DNA of 33,122 bases from Parcubacteria group bacterium CG11_big_fil_rev_8_21_14_0_20_39_14 (GTDB lineage Bacteria; Patescibacteriota; Minisyncoccia; Minisyncoccales; GCA-002787255): the NCBI GenBank assembly GCA_002787255.1, contig PCWD01000012.1, positions 8,425 through 41,546 on the forward strand, read 5' to 3'. Numbering within the stretch: position 1 is the first letter of the stretch; every line of letters starts with the position of its first letter. The notes beneath the pieces are model-generated. The model worked only from the letters and a program-made list of their open reading frames with translations, had not been told where the DNA came from and searched no databases. A program made the translations under genes and the position numbers. This document shows, one piece after another, positions 22,680-32,032 of this stretch.

Positions 22680-24230
22680 ATGAAAGATAAATACACTGTT
22701 GTTTTTGCAACTCCGGAAATGATGATTCCGGAATTGCCCGAACCAGCTTGCGGAGCAAACTTCCGGGGTGGACTGGGAATTCTTGCCGGTGATGTTATGG
22801 AGGGTCTTGCCAAAAGAGGAGTGCAGGCAATCGGAATAGTCCCTCTTTATCAGCTTCACTGGGTGACAAAAGAGGATATTTCCGCGACTGTCTCCGCGCT
22901 TCCTCTAAGATGCGTGGCGGAGGTTTTGGGACGAAAGATAGAGGCAAAAGAAGTTAATCGAGGCGGAATCCTTGTTCTTGGCATTTGGGCGCCGGAGGTT
23001 TTCAATGTCTTATATACTCCCGATCGGTGGCAACGATTGCAACAGGAAGCTTTACTCGGTCATGCAGTGCCTGCAGTTCTAAAAACACTCGGCATTAAAC
23101 CGGATATTGTCTGGCTCAATGAGGGTCATACGGCAGTGACCATTCCGGCAATGAAGGAAGAAGCATATTTTGCCGGAGCGAAATTTTTGTTTACCACCCA
23201 TACTCCGGTTTCCGAAGGAATGGAAAAATTCCCCGGAGATGACTGGTGGTTCAATGCTTTAGGAATTTCCGAAAAGTATCGTTCCATTTTTATCAAGGGC
23301 GGGATAGATATGACAAATGCCGCGATAATTCTTAGCGATTGGGTAAACGGTGTTAGCCAAGAGCATTGTGAAGTGACCCAGAAGATGTTTCCGGAATTTG
23401 TTTCTAAAATCGTGGGAATAACCAATGGTTCGAGCCGCGAGCTTTGGCTGTCGTATTATCTTAAGGCGCTTGGCGAAAGATTTACTCTTGCGGGATTCGT
23501 AAGGGCCCAAAGAGCTTCCAAAAAAGAACTTCTGGGATTTATTAAAAAGAGAACTGGAATAAAATTTGATTCCAAAAAACCGCTTTTGGGTTGGGTGCGC
23601 CGAATGGCTTGGTACAAACAGCAGTACCCGATGCTTAATCCTATCCTTAGAGCGATTTGCGCCGAAAAGGGCCAGATTGTGGAAACCGAGTTGGGAAAAC
23701 TGGAAGGATTGGGATTTCAGGTCTTTTCAGCCGGCCGGGCACATGAAAGCGATTCCACTTGTCTTGGTTGGATGGGGAAATTTCAGGAGCAAATGTCTGA
23801 ACCCGAATTAAGCGGTAAATTCATTTTTATTCCGGAATACAATTTGGAATTATTAAAGCTTGCAGCTCAGGGTTGCGATGTTTGGTTCTCCTGCCCGTTG
23901 CCGAAATGGGAGGCCTGCGGAACAGGCGACCAGCGAGCCGCCATTAACGGTAAAATAAACTTAACCACTCAAGCCGGCGGAGCAAAAGAATATATTTTGG
24001 AATACAATCCGGTAACTGGCGAAGGAAATGGATTTTTTATTGAACCATACGAGCCCAGTCAAGTTTATAACAAATTAAGAATTATTTCTGATTTATATTA
24101 TGATTGGATGGCGGGAAAAGATGGACGTTGGTTGGAATTAATGCGGGCTTCTTTTGAGGCTGGTAAAGGTTTGGATATATTGCAGGCGACTAAACAGTAC
24201 GAAAAAATTTTTGAAAATCTCTTGGGTTAG
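22680..24230 (+). CDS. Alpha-glucan phosphorylase family (GT35) homolog; PLP-lysine position appears substituted
   Basis: 516 aa from ATG 22680, with GGAGG 9 nt upstream. GGLGILAGD lies near the N-terminus. The C-terminal block DVWFSCPLPKWEACGTGDQRAAINGKINLT aligns by eye to DVWLN.P..P.EASGTSGMKAA.NG.LNLS. Confidence 0.75.
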   Translation: MKDKYTVVFATPEMMIPELPEPACGANFRGGLGILAGDVMEGLAKRGVQAIGIVPLYQLHWVTKEDISATVSALPLRCVAEVLGRKIEAKEVNRGGILVLGIWAPEVFNVLYTPDRWQRLQQEALLGHAVPAVLKTLGIKPDIVWLNEGHTAVTIPAMKEEAYFAGAKFLFTTHTPVSEGMEKFPGDDWWFNALGISEKYRSIFIKGGIDMTNAAIILSDWVNGVSQEHCEVTQKMFPEFVSKIVGITNGSSRELWLSYYLKALGERFTLAGFVRAQRASKKELLGFIKKRTGIKFDSKKPLLGWVRRMAWYKQQYPMLNPILRAICAEKGQIVETELGKLEGLGFQVFSAGRAHESDSTCLGWMGKFQEQMSEPELSGKFIFIPEYNLELLKLAAQGCDVWFSCPLPKWEACGTGDQRAAINGKINLTTQAGGAKEYILEYNPVTGEGNGFFIEPYEPSQVYNKLRIISDLYYDWMAGKDGRWLELMRASFEAGKGLDILQATKQYEKIFENLLG

Positions 24231-24298
24231 AAATAAAGTTAGGGATGAAAATTTGAAATAAGAGATTGGCGAACCGATGGCTTATTAAAAAGAAAGTT

Positions 24299-24329
24299 AA
24301 AAAGGATGCTTTTTAAAAGCATCCTTTTT
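24299..24329. terminator. Bidirectional intrinsic terminator between convergent genes
   Basis: aaaaaggatgcttt t aaaagcatccttttt is a perfect palindrome with A- and T-tracts on both sides. Confidence 0.75.
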
Positions 24330-24369
24330 CAATTACCATACAATGAAATTTAGCAGTTTTCGTATCCGG

Positions 24370-25137
24370 TTAGACACCCATAAGACCCGTGTCTTCTTCC
24401 GGTCCTTGCCGGCGCCAGTTTGCCGCTGGATTAAAAATTTCCTCCCAGCCAATCTCGTATTTCTCGGCTAATTCCCTTGCCGCTTTTAGTAATTGCTGGT
24501 CAATCTTGTCAACTCTGTTAACCGTATCCAGTTCCTCGCTTCCTGATTTTTCTCTTTTTCCAAGAGAGGAAAAAAGTTCATATCTTTCTGATAAAAGTTC
24601 GCGCATATCGCGCTGAAATTCTTTTTTTGCTTCTTCAACTTTTAACTCCCAGACCGGAGATTTTCGCTCTTCCGGCATTCTTTCCTTGAGGATTTCTTCT
24701 AAGCTGATTTCTCCCTTTTCGCTTTTTGAAATTGTTTCCCGACCCGGTTGACTTCCTCTTTTCTCGTATTTCTCTTTTGCCCTGGTTAATTTTTCAAGAA
24801 GGACTTCTCTTTTTTCCGCCAATAGCTCAAATTCAGTAAGAAGCCGTTCGTATCTATATTTTACCTTAGCCAAAATCAACTTTGATTCTCCTTCAGAAGA
24901 AATTAAATTTCTTTCCCCTGTTTCTTTTTCAAGAATTTCGGTTTTTTTCCTGGCAAGTTCAGAAAGCGCTTTTTTTACCGAAGAAGGAGAGCCTTCTCCA
25001 TTTTCCAGATATTTGAGGGCTTCGCTAATATCCACCCCCGTCTCTTTAGCTTCTTTTTCAAGAGTCCTGAATTTTTCGACAAATGTTAAAAATTTCTCAT
25101 CTTCAAACAAAGCTGAAAATTCCCTCCCGATTGGCAT
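24370..25137 (-). CDS. Hypothetical E/K-rich coiled-coil protein
   Basis: 255 aa, highly charged and heptad-like, with no TM segment and no recognised family. Confidence 0.55.
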   Translation of the reverse strand: MPIGREFSALFEDEKFLTFVEKFRTLEKEAKETGVDISEALKYLENGEGSPSSVKKALSELARKKTEILEKETGERNLISSEGESKLILAKVKYRYERLLTEFELLAEKREVLLEKLTRAKEKYEKRGSQPGRETISKSEKGEISLEEILKERMPEERKSPVWELKVEEAKKEFQRDMRELLSERYELFSSLGKREKSGSEELDTVNRVDKIDQQLLKAARELAEKYEIGWEEIFNPAANWRRQGPEEDTGLMGV

Positions 25138-25268
25138 CTCGGATTTTCCCGGACCCGCCTATCTTTTTTCTTCTTGAGGTTTTGAAGACCGGGATTGTTC
25201 AAAATTTGACATATCCACTACTATAAATCTATCAAAAATTTACTTTTTAGTCAATCCCAAGTAAATGC

Positions 25269-28013
25269 TTATTTTTTTAAGTTGTTTAAAATTTCACCGA
25301 GTTTGCGAATCTCTTCTCCATAAAGAGTCCAGTTTCCATCACGTTGAGCCTGCAAGGCTTGATGATAATGCTTTTGAGCCTGTTCTATCAGGCTTCCTTT
25401 TGATTTCAAAACCTCTTCTTTTTCAGAAGGAGCAGCGGGTAATTCTTTTTCTTCTTTTTTTTCTTGGTAGCCGAAAATTTGCCGGAGCGAGATTTCCAGG
25501 GTTTCTTCCATAGCAATGCGATTTTCATAAGCAACAATCACTCTTTTCAATTCTGGTATTTTGCCGCCTTCGGCCCGAAGATATAAAGGCCGAATATATA
25601 GCAGTGATTCCGCAATCGGAATAACCAAAAGATTTCCTTGAATAACCTCCGAGCCTCGCTGGTCCCAGAGAGAAATCTGTCGGGAAATTTCCGGGTCCTG
25701 ATTGATTCGATTAACAATTTGTTTTGGCCCAAAAACCAGCTTTTGTTTGGGAAAGCGATAAACCATCAGTTTTCCATAATTTTCACCGTCATTTCTTGCC
25801 ACCATCCAAGCCGAAAGATTATCTTTTTTCTTGGGAGTGAAGGGTATCATTAAAATAAACTCTTCTTTTGTTTCCCGGGGCAGCTTCATAACGATATGAC
25901 GCATAATGGGATCCGGCTTTCCTCGCTGGGTCAGGATAGGAATTTCCCATTGGTCCTCTTTGTTGTAAAAAATCTGGGGTTTTGCCATATGATAAATTGT
26001 ATAAAGCTTAGTCTGATAAGAAAAAATATCCTCGGGATAGCGAATATGCGCTCTTAAATCATCGGACATTTTATCAAGGGGCAGAAAAACTTCGGGAAAA
26101 ATCTTTGAATAAGTCTGAATTACGGGGTCATTTTTATCGGCAATGTAAAATTGCATTTCGCCGTCGTAAGCGTCAATCACCGCCTTTATAGAATTTCGGA
26201 TGTAATTGATGTTTTTGGGGAATTGATTTTTTGAAATGTTTATAAACTGAGCGTAAGGATAGCGGTCGCTTAAAGTGTAGGCGTCGTATATCCATTTCAG
26301 CTTCCCATCTTTTGTAATTACCATATAAGGGTCGTTGTCAAATTCTAAAAATGGCAATGCTTTCTCTACTCTTTCTTTGATGTTTCGATAATACAAAACC
26401 CTGCTTTCCCTGGTAATATCATTGGAAAAAAGAATTTTTAGAGAGCCGAATTTAGCGGCAAATAACGCTTTCCGAAGAAGTGAATTAATTGGAACACCTC
26501 CATTCCCTTTGTAGGTTTCAAAAACATTTTCTTCTCCCTCGGGATAATTAAACTCATTAGCTTTGGTTTTAACAAAAATATAGTCATTGGAAAGCTCGCC
26601 AAAGTATATTCCCGGTCTTTCAATGGAAAGAGACTCTATTGTTGAGGAAGGAGGCAGGTCTTTTATGAACAAAACCGGCAATCCTTCCTCGGTAACCTGA
26701 TTAACCGGACTCAAGGCAAGTCCAAAGCCGTGAGTGAAGGTAAAACGTTCATTAATAAAAGTGCGGTGAGGCAGACTGGCGGAGTTCAACTCTCTGGGGG
26801 AGAGCATAACCTGACGATATTCTCCATCAATGCAATAGCGATCATTATCCACCGAAATAAAATCATAATAAGTGCGAATCTCCTGAATTTGGCCAAAAGT
26901 GTCAAGAAGCGGGTCTCTATCCCAAAGACGGATATTTTTAATTGTTGATTGATTTTTGTTAATATCCGTTATATTAAGCTCGGTTTCTCCTTTGAGATAG
27001 TGCTGTTCAATCAGGTTAAGACCAAAAGCTTTCTGGGTAGCCGCAATGTTGTTGGCAATATAAGGAGACTCTTTAATAAGTTCGTTTGGAACAACAATAA
27101 ATTTTTGAACAATTATTGGATAAAACCAGCCGCCAAGAACGGCTACCGCAAAATAAAAGCCAACCGCCAGATAAAAAAGACGATTACCCGCCCTTTTTAT
27201 ATTTATAATTATAAGCAAAGTCCCTAAAAATGCCGCTATCATCAAAATATTTAGGGCTGGGAGTCTGGCCTGAATATCAGTAAAACTTGCTCCGATAAAA
27301 GGTCCGGTGGTTGAGTAAAATAAATCGGGGATTTTGTAAAAATACACTTTAAGGCCCAAAAGGGAAAACAGAATAGCAGCAAGTATGGAAAGGTGGATTT
27401 TTGTGTTCTCTCGCGTTTCTAATTTTCCCTTGTAGTAAGAAACGGTTCTGCGAAGGATGAAAAGGAAAATTGTCCCGATTAAGCAAACAATAACTATAAA
27501 GAAAATCAGGTCAATAAGCATTTTAATAAAAGGAAGCGTAAAGAAATAAAAAGAAATATCCCGATTAAAAATCGGGTCAAGGGTTTCAAAGGGAGTAGAA
27601 TTAAGATATTGAAGAACAATCTGCCATTTTGATGCCGTAAAAAGTCCTGTAAAAAACCCCACAACTAACGAAAGAATAAGACTGAATTTATTAATATTTT
27701 CTTCGGTGTCGAAGTTGACCTGGCTTAACTGAATTCCCTCAGAGGTTTTATTAATGAGGCGGGGGGAGCTTGCCCATTTTGCAGTTAAGCGGTTGGCTAT
27801 TCTGAAATTAATATAAATTAAACTAAAAATAAGAAAACCGGCGGCAGCTCCGAGTAAAATTTTAACGCTAAAAATAGTTATAAATATTTTTTCAAAACCG
27901 AGTTGCAAAAACCAAAGCCAATCGGCAATTAAATGAATGCTTAACGGTCCAATGAATATTAAAAGAAAAATACCGGCATAGATGATAAAGCGAATAATTC
28001 GTTTTGAGTTCAT
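25269..28013 (-). CDS. UPF0182 family membrane protein
   Basis: 914 aa with about 7 N-terminal TM helices, then a large soluble domain. The N-terminal LIADWLWFLQLGF block and overall layout are typical of UPF0182. Confidence 0.8.
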   Translation of the reverse strand: MNSKRIIRFIIYAGIFLLIFIGPLSIHLIADWLWFLQLGFEKIFITIFSVKILLGAAAGFLIFSLIYINFRIANRLTAKWASSPRLINKTSEGIQLSQVNFDTEENINKFSLILSLVVGFFTGLFTASKWQIVLQYLNSTPFETLDPIFNRDISFYFFTLPFIKMLIDLIFFIVIVCLIGTIFLFILRRTVSYYKGKLETRENTKIHLSILAAILFSLLGLKVYFYKIPDLFYSTTGPFIGASFTDIQARLPALNILMIAAFLGTLLIIINIKRAGNRLFYLAVGFYFAVAVLGGWFYPIIVQKFIVVPNELIKESPYIANNIAATQKAFGLNLIEQHYLKGETELNITDINKNQSTIKNIRLWDRDPLLDTFGQIQEIRTYYDFISVDNDRYCIDGEYRQVMLSPRELNSASLPHRTFINERFTFTHGFGLALSPVNQVTEEGLPVLFIKDLPPSSTIESLSIERPGIYFGELSNDYIFVKTKANEFNYPEGEENVFETYKGNGGVPINSLLRKALFAAKFGSLKILFSNDITRESRVLYYRNIKERVEKALPFLEFDNDPYMVITKDGKLKWIYDAYTLSDRYPYAQFINISKNQFPKNINYIRNSIKAVIDAYDGEMQFYIADKNDPVIQTYSKIFPEVFLPLDKMSDDLRAHIRYPEDIFSYQTKLYTIYHMAKPQIFYNKEDQWEIPILTQRGKPDPIMRHIVMKLPRETKEEFILMIPFTPKKKDNLSAWMVARNDGENYGKLMVYRFPKQKLVFGPKQIVNRINQDPEISRQISLWDQRGSEVIQGNLLVIPIAESLLYIRPLYLRAEGGKIPELKRVIVAYENRIAMEETLEISLRQIFGYQEKKEEKELPAAPSEKEEVLKSKGSLIEQAQKHYHQALQAQRDGNWTLYGEEIRKLGEILNNLKK

Positions 28014-28029
28014 AAAAATTATAAGAAAA

Positions 28030-28602
28030 TTATAAGCTCAAAAGCTTGGCGGTAAGGAAAATTTCAATCGCCGCCGCTAAAGCTAAAAGGGGCAGTAGGA
28101 CTTTCAAAAAAAATTTAAAAGCAATAAGAATTTCTGTTTTTAATTCCCCCGGTTTTTTAAAAACTTTTTTGTAAGCCGTTTTGCCAATTTTAAGCCCAAC
28201 CGCGCAAGCTAAAATCATAACCGGAATTTCTATTATTCCATGGGGCAGTATGCCGGTAAAAAATCCCGGCCAGAGTAGATTATCTTTTAAGAGAAAGGCT
28301 AACATTCCCAAAATTGCTCCGTTTGAAAATAAAACCATTCCCGGAAAAATTCCAAAAATAATTCCCAAAGAAAGAACCAGAAATAGGGTAAAACTATTGT
28401 TTAAAAAAACAAAGACAAATTGCCACAAAGCGCTTGTTTTAAGCATCGGCCCGTAGGCTTGACGCATTTCTTCCAAAAGAAATTGGGCCTTTTCTGGTTG
28501 CTCTTGAGCCGAGAGATACCCGAGAAAGGCGGAAAAAACAAAAAGCAAAAACGCAAAAAGCAGAAAAAACCGAAGCGAATAAAGATAATCACCGTATTTC
28601 AT
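28030..28602 (-). CDS. SpoIIM-like (stage II sporulation protein M family) membrane protein
   Basis: 190 aa with 5-6 TM helices. FLNNSFTLFL ... LPHGIIEIPVMILACAVGLKIG matches the family pattern. Confidence 0.65.
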   Translation of the reverse strand: MKYGDYLYSLRFFLLFAFLLFVFSAFLGYLSAQEQPEKAQFLLEEMRQAYGPMLKTSALWQFVFVFLNNSFTLFLVLSLGIIFGIFPGMVLFSNGAILGMLAFLLKDNLLWPGFFTGILPHGIIEIPVMILACAVGLKIGKTAYKKVFKKPGELKTEILIAFKFFLKVLLPLLALAAAIEIFLTAKLLSL

Positions 28603-28608
28603 AATTTG

Positions 28609-28779
28609 TTATTCGGAATTTCGGGCGCGGAGAAACAAAATCAAACCGGCTAAAAATATTACAAACCCTATCAGTCCCAGGAAAAGTTGAACAAAAAGCG
28701 GCCACCACCAAACCACAATTCCATAAATTCCAAAGCCCATCAAAGAAACGCTCAAAATAACAAGTAATATTTTTTTCAT
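28609..28779 (-). CDS. Small two-TM membrane protein (below the ORF-track cut-off)
   Basis: 56 codons, MKKILLVILSVSLMGFGIYGIVVWWWPLFVQLFLGLIGFVIFLAGLILFLRARNSE. The stop lies 6 nt before the SpoIIM-like start. A purine-rich AAGGGGA lies about 10 nt upstream. Confidence 0.45.
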   Translation of the reverse strand: MKKILLVILSVSLMGFGIYGIVVWWWPLFVQLFLGLIGFVIFLAGLILFLRARNSE

Positions 28780-28911
28780 GCCAATTTTGTCCCCTTCAAG
28801 TTTTTAAACAAAAAACCTGAAGGGGAGATAAAAAAGTTTTGCTCTAAATTCTATTACTCCACCCAAAATTTAATTAAGCGTTCAAAAATTTGGGAGGGCT
28901 ACAAAATTGAG

Positions 28912-28958
28912 CACCCCGTTAGATGAGCGAGCTCTTGCGAGCTCTATCTAACGGGGTG
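28912..28958. repeat. 47-nt hairpin with perfect 13-nt arms carrying the CTAACGGGGT word
   Basis: caccccgttagat (28912-28924) pairs with atctaacggggtg (28946-28958). The inner gagctc-ttgc-gagctc can extend the stem. Confidence 0.7.
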
Positions 28959-29315
28959 AACGGATGTTTTACTACTGGATTGATATACCGGGTATGTCTT
29001 GTTGAGCTTTATTCCTCTGTTTTAATGAATATTTTTTTATCATTACCTTAAGTTAACATTTCTTTGGCAAAAAAACAAGGTAGGTTTTTAAAAAATGGGA
29101 GTTGACGACCCCTTTGAGAAGAGTAAAATAGAAAGTGAAATCATGGGTAAACCAAGGTGGTAAAAATAAATATGTTTACTACGGGACCAAGAGATCCAAA
29201 GCCAAGAAAAGAGGATTGGATACCGTTTAAATAAATTATGGGTAAACCGCGGCCCTTTTAATTTATTATTTAACTTTTAATAATATTAGATTTTGACATG
29301 GGCAAAATTCTTGGC

Positions 29316-29399
29316 TGTCCAAGATGAGATACATCTGTGACACCCATTGAATGGGCGGTAAAATACAAGCAACTGTCACAAATGTACTCATCTCGTACA
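29316..29399 (+). mobile_element. 84-bp MITE-like hairpin element, copy C (complete; 5'-TG...CA-3')
   Basis: The left arm is TGTCCAAGATGAGATACATCTGTGACA. rc of the right arm is TGTACGAGATGAGTACATTTGTGACA (23/27 with one gap). The spacer is cccattgaatgggcggtaaaatacaagcaac. Confidence 0.6.
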
Positions 29400-29404
29400 A
29401 AAAT

Positions 29405-29432
29405 TTGACAAAATTTTTGATGGGTGTATAAT
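29405..29432 (+). promoter_or_regulatory. Consensus sigma-70 promoter for 29507..30283
   Basis: TTGACA (29405-29410), 16 nt, TATAAT (29427-29432). It starts 6 nt after the end of the hairpin element. Confidence 0.65.
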
Positions 29433-29506
29433 AAAAAGTCCTTGGCATGGAGCCTGCACTGAGCGGAGCCGAAGTGCCTTGGATAGCACCTTAAGGGAGG
29501 TTCACT

Positions 29507-30283
29507 GTGAGCCAACAAAAAGGAAAAGTGGTAAGATTTTTTGAGTATTGTCTTGAAAGGTCGCAGCTAGCCCTGAATGATGAGGCAATTCCCGAGCTGC
29601 GTCAGGAAATAATTCACAGCGAGTTGTCTCCAGACAAAACTTGGCGAGAAGCTAAGCGTCGCCTTCAAAAATTAAGAACCACTGCGGAACTTAATCAAGA
29701 AGATGAAACACTTGCTCGTTCTTATTGGTGGTTAGCCAAAACCAAAAGAGACTACCGAAAGCAATTTGAAAAAACAATACAACCGGAGGAAAAAAAGATG
29801 GAAGAAAAGGAAATTTTTATCTTTGCCGATGAAGTAAGAACTCGGAGTGAATTAAGTCGGATTTGGCTATTCCTTAAATTTAACGATATGGGAAGTTTGC
29901 TTTGGAATGCAATGAATTTTTTAGTTCAAACCGACATTAAGGATTGGAGCGGAATTTCTAATAAGTTTTTTTGTGGCGATCCAAAATTAGCCGCTAAATT
30001 CAAAGAAAAAATGCTCCGAATCCTTGAACAAGACTCTGGATTAGAGCCATTTATTGAGGTTCTGGAAAAGAGGGGCATGAAGGTAAGGATTTGCGGGAAT
30101 TGCAAGCATTTTCATGACACTTTGCCGTCATATGTTATTGTTGGCGATGGAAGAAGGGATGATTATTTTCATTGTCGCTACCGAGAAGAAAATCTATTAC
30201 CCAAGAAAGAAGAATACTTCGGTCGCATCAGACCAGATAGAACCTGTCAATACTGGACCCCAAAAGAAAAAGAAGTTTCCTAA
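29507..30283 (+). CDS. Hypothetical protein with C-terminal Cys/His cluster
   Basis: 258 aa with a GTG start 6 nt after AAGGGAGG. C-terminal CGNCKHFHD...HCRY...CQYW. No family recognised. Confidence 0.65.
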   Translation: MSQQKGKVVRFFEYCLERSQLALNDEAIPELRQEIIHSELSPDKTWREAKRRLQKLRTTAELNQEDETLARSYWWLAKTKRDYRKQFEKTIQPEEKKMEEKEIFIFADEVRTRSELSRIWLFLKFNDMGSLLWNAMNFLVQTDIKDWSGISNKFFCGDPKLAAKFKEKMLRILEQDSGLEPFIEVLEKRGMKVRICGNCKHFHDTLPSYVIVGDGRRDDYFHCRYREENLLPKKEEYFGRIRPDRTCQYWTPKEKEVS

Positions 30284-30404
30284 AATAGAAGCGGATTCAC
30301 GCCGATAACAAGCGGATTTACGCTGATTTAAAATAGTCCTTTCCAAAGTCCTTTCCAAAGACCTTTCTATGGAAAGGACCTGTATAATGCCAGAAACATA
30401 TTAG

Positions 30405-30438
30405 ACTCCATAAGGCCTTAAGACTTATGGAGTTTTTT
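30405..30438 (+). terminator. Intrinsic terminator
   Basis: actccataag (30405-30414) pairs with cttatggagt (30424-30433) as a perfect 10-bp stem with a 9-nt loop, followed by TTTTT. Confidence 0.7.
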
Positions 30439-30471
30439 AATCACTGGCATTGTAAATACACCGGTGTAAAA

Positions 30472-30521
30472 GGGTTTGTCAGATTATAAGAAAACCGGGA
30501 CGTGTACCATTCTGACAACCC
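30472..30521. repeat. Inverted repeat enclosing a 15-mer shared with 9869-9883
   Basis: gggtttgtcaga (30472-30483) pairs with tctgacaaccc (30511-30521). The loop's gggacgtgtaccatt (30497-30511) is the exact reverse complement of aatggtacacgtccc (9869-9883). Confidence 0.6.
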
Positions 30522-30656
30522 GGAACGATTATTCCAAGTCGTCAGAAATAATATTTAGGTCAGAGGTCAATTTTTGAACCATCTTTAGATGAACCTTTTC
30601 GAAAATGGCAATGCAACAGATTTGGCCGACTTGCCAGATTTGTTGCCAATTTTTAT

Positions 30657-30681
30657 GTTCACGAGGCTAATCCTCGTGAAC
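30657..30681. other. Perfect 10-bp stem-loop downstream of ald
   Basis: gttcacgagg-ctaat-cctcgtgaac, 68 nt past the ald stop. It is flanked by an A-run on one side only, so terminator function is uncertain. Confidence 0.35.
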
Positions 30682-30748
30682 TTTAATAAAAAAAAACGCC
30701 CAACTCGATGTTTTGATATTTTGAGAAGCGGGCATTTTTTATTTTAGA

Positions 30749-31828
30749 TTATAAAAGTTTTTCCAAGGAAACAAATTTTTTATTAAAAGCCTGGGCTAAC
30801 CTGGGATGGGTGATTCTTCCCTTGTAAACATTAACACCCTTTGCCAGAGCCGGATTTTCTTTAACAGCCCTTTCAAATCCTTTGTTAGCCAGTTCTAAAA
30901 TATAGGGGAAGGTCGCTTTAGTCAGGGCAAAAGTTGAAATTTTGGGAACGATTCCCGGCATATTGGCAACGCAATAGTGAATAACTCCGTATTTTTCAAA
31001 AGTCGGGTTTTCGTGGGTTGTGGGATAGGAAGTTTCAACGCATCCGCCCTGGTCAATTGAAACATCAACAATTACCGATTCTGCTTTCATCTTTTTTACC
31101 ATCTCGGTGGTTATTAATTTTGGCGTCTTGGCTCCGGTAACCAGGATTGTTCCAATAAGTAAGTCAATTTCAGTTACCAGCTTTATGAGTAGCTTTTTTT
31201 CAGGCAGGAAAATTTTCAATTTATTTTTAAACTTCTTAAATTTTTCTCTCAAAGATTTGATTCTTCTCGGATTTTTTTCAATTATTATTAATTCAAACCC
31301 TCCGTTAAGAAGAACTTTTGCGGCGTTTTCTCCGGCAATTCCTCCCCCGAGAACCAGCGCTTTTTTTGTTCCCGTTTTTTTTCTTAGCAATTCTAAGCCG
31401 ACTTTTCCTGCCAGTCTTCCGGCAACCTCACTCATGGGTTTGAGAAGGGGCAAGGAGCCATCCAGCAGTTCAACCGTGGCGTAATCAATGGAAGCCACCC
31501 TTTTTTGCATTAATTTTTTGGTTAGTTTTGGAAAAGCAGCTAAGTGAAGATAGGTAAAAAGAATAAGCCCCGGCCTGAAATATTTAAATTCCGATTCTTG
31601 GGGCTCTTTGACCTTAATAATCATATCGGCTCCCCAGATTTTTTTGAGGTCTTTTGTGATTTTTGCGCCGGCTTTTTCAAAATCTTCATTTGAAATTCCC
31701 GATATTTTTCCGCCGTCGTATTCAACCAAAACCCGATGGCTGGCTTCAACAAGTTTGGCCACGCCCTCGGGCGTAATGGCTATTCTTCCCTCTTTTTGTT
31801 TTATTTCTTTTGGAATGCCGATTATCAT
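30749..31828 (-). CDS. ald: Alanine dehydrogenase
   Basis: 359 aa with N-terminus MIIGIPKEIKQKEGRIAITPEGV and NAD loop VLGGGIAGENAA. Length and C-terminal blocks are typical of Ald. Confidence 0.93.
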   Translation of the reverse strand: MIIGIPKEIKQKEGRIAITPEGVAKLVEASHRVLVEYDGGKISGISNEDFEKAGAKITKDLKKIWGADMIIKVKEPQESEFKYFRPGLILFTYLHLAAFPKLTKKLMQKRVASIDYATVELLDGSLPLLKPMSEVAGRLAGKVGLELLRKKTGTKKALVLGGGIAGENAAKVLLNGGFELIIIEKNPRRIKSLREKFKKFKNKLKIFLPEKKLLIKLVTEIDLLIGTILVTGAKTPKLITTEMVKKMKAESVIVDVSIDQGGCVETSYPTTHENPTFEKYGVIHYCVANMPGIVPKISTFALTKATFPYILELANKGFERAVKENPALAKGVNVYKGRITHPRLAQAFNKKFVSLEKLL

Positions 31829-31858
31829 AAGATTAAAATTATTGACTGTTCTATTAGG

Positions 31859-31975
31859 AGACCGTTGAATAATTTAGCGTTGTTCAGCGTAGCTATCAGC
31901 GTTTCTTCAGCGTTATTTAGGTTTTTACGCTGAACTTACGCTGAACAAAACGCTGAAATTACGCAGAAAAATAAT
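31859..31975 (-). promoter_or_regulatory. 'TTCAGCGT/ACGCTGAA' dyad word cassette upstream of ald
   Basis: (t/a)tcagcgt at 31883, 31895 and 31906; acgctgaa at 31927, 31938 and 31950. The 22-nt box 31859-31880 is shared (inverted) with the metK upstream region. Confidence 0.5.
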
Positions 31976-32032
31976 TGTTCAACAGTCTGATTGTATATAT
32001 TTTATAGCATAAAAATAATAAAAAAACAACCC

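Noticed and set aside
29266-29518. Minus-strand ORFs 29266..29448 and 29270..29518.
   Set aside because: They run through the hairpin element, the consensus promoter and the SD of 29507..30283. There is no SD and no recognisable product.
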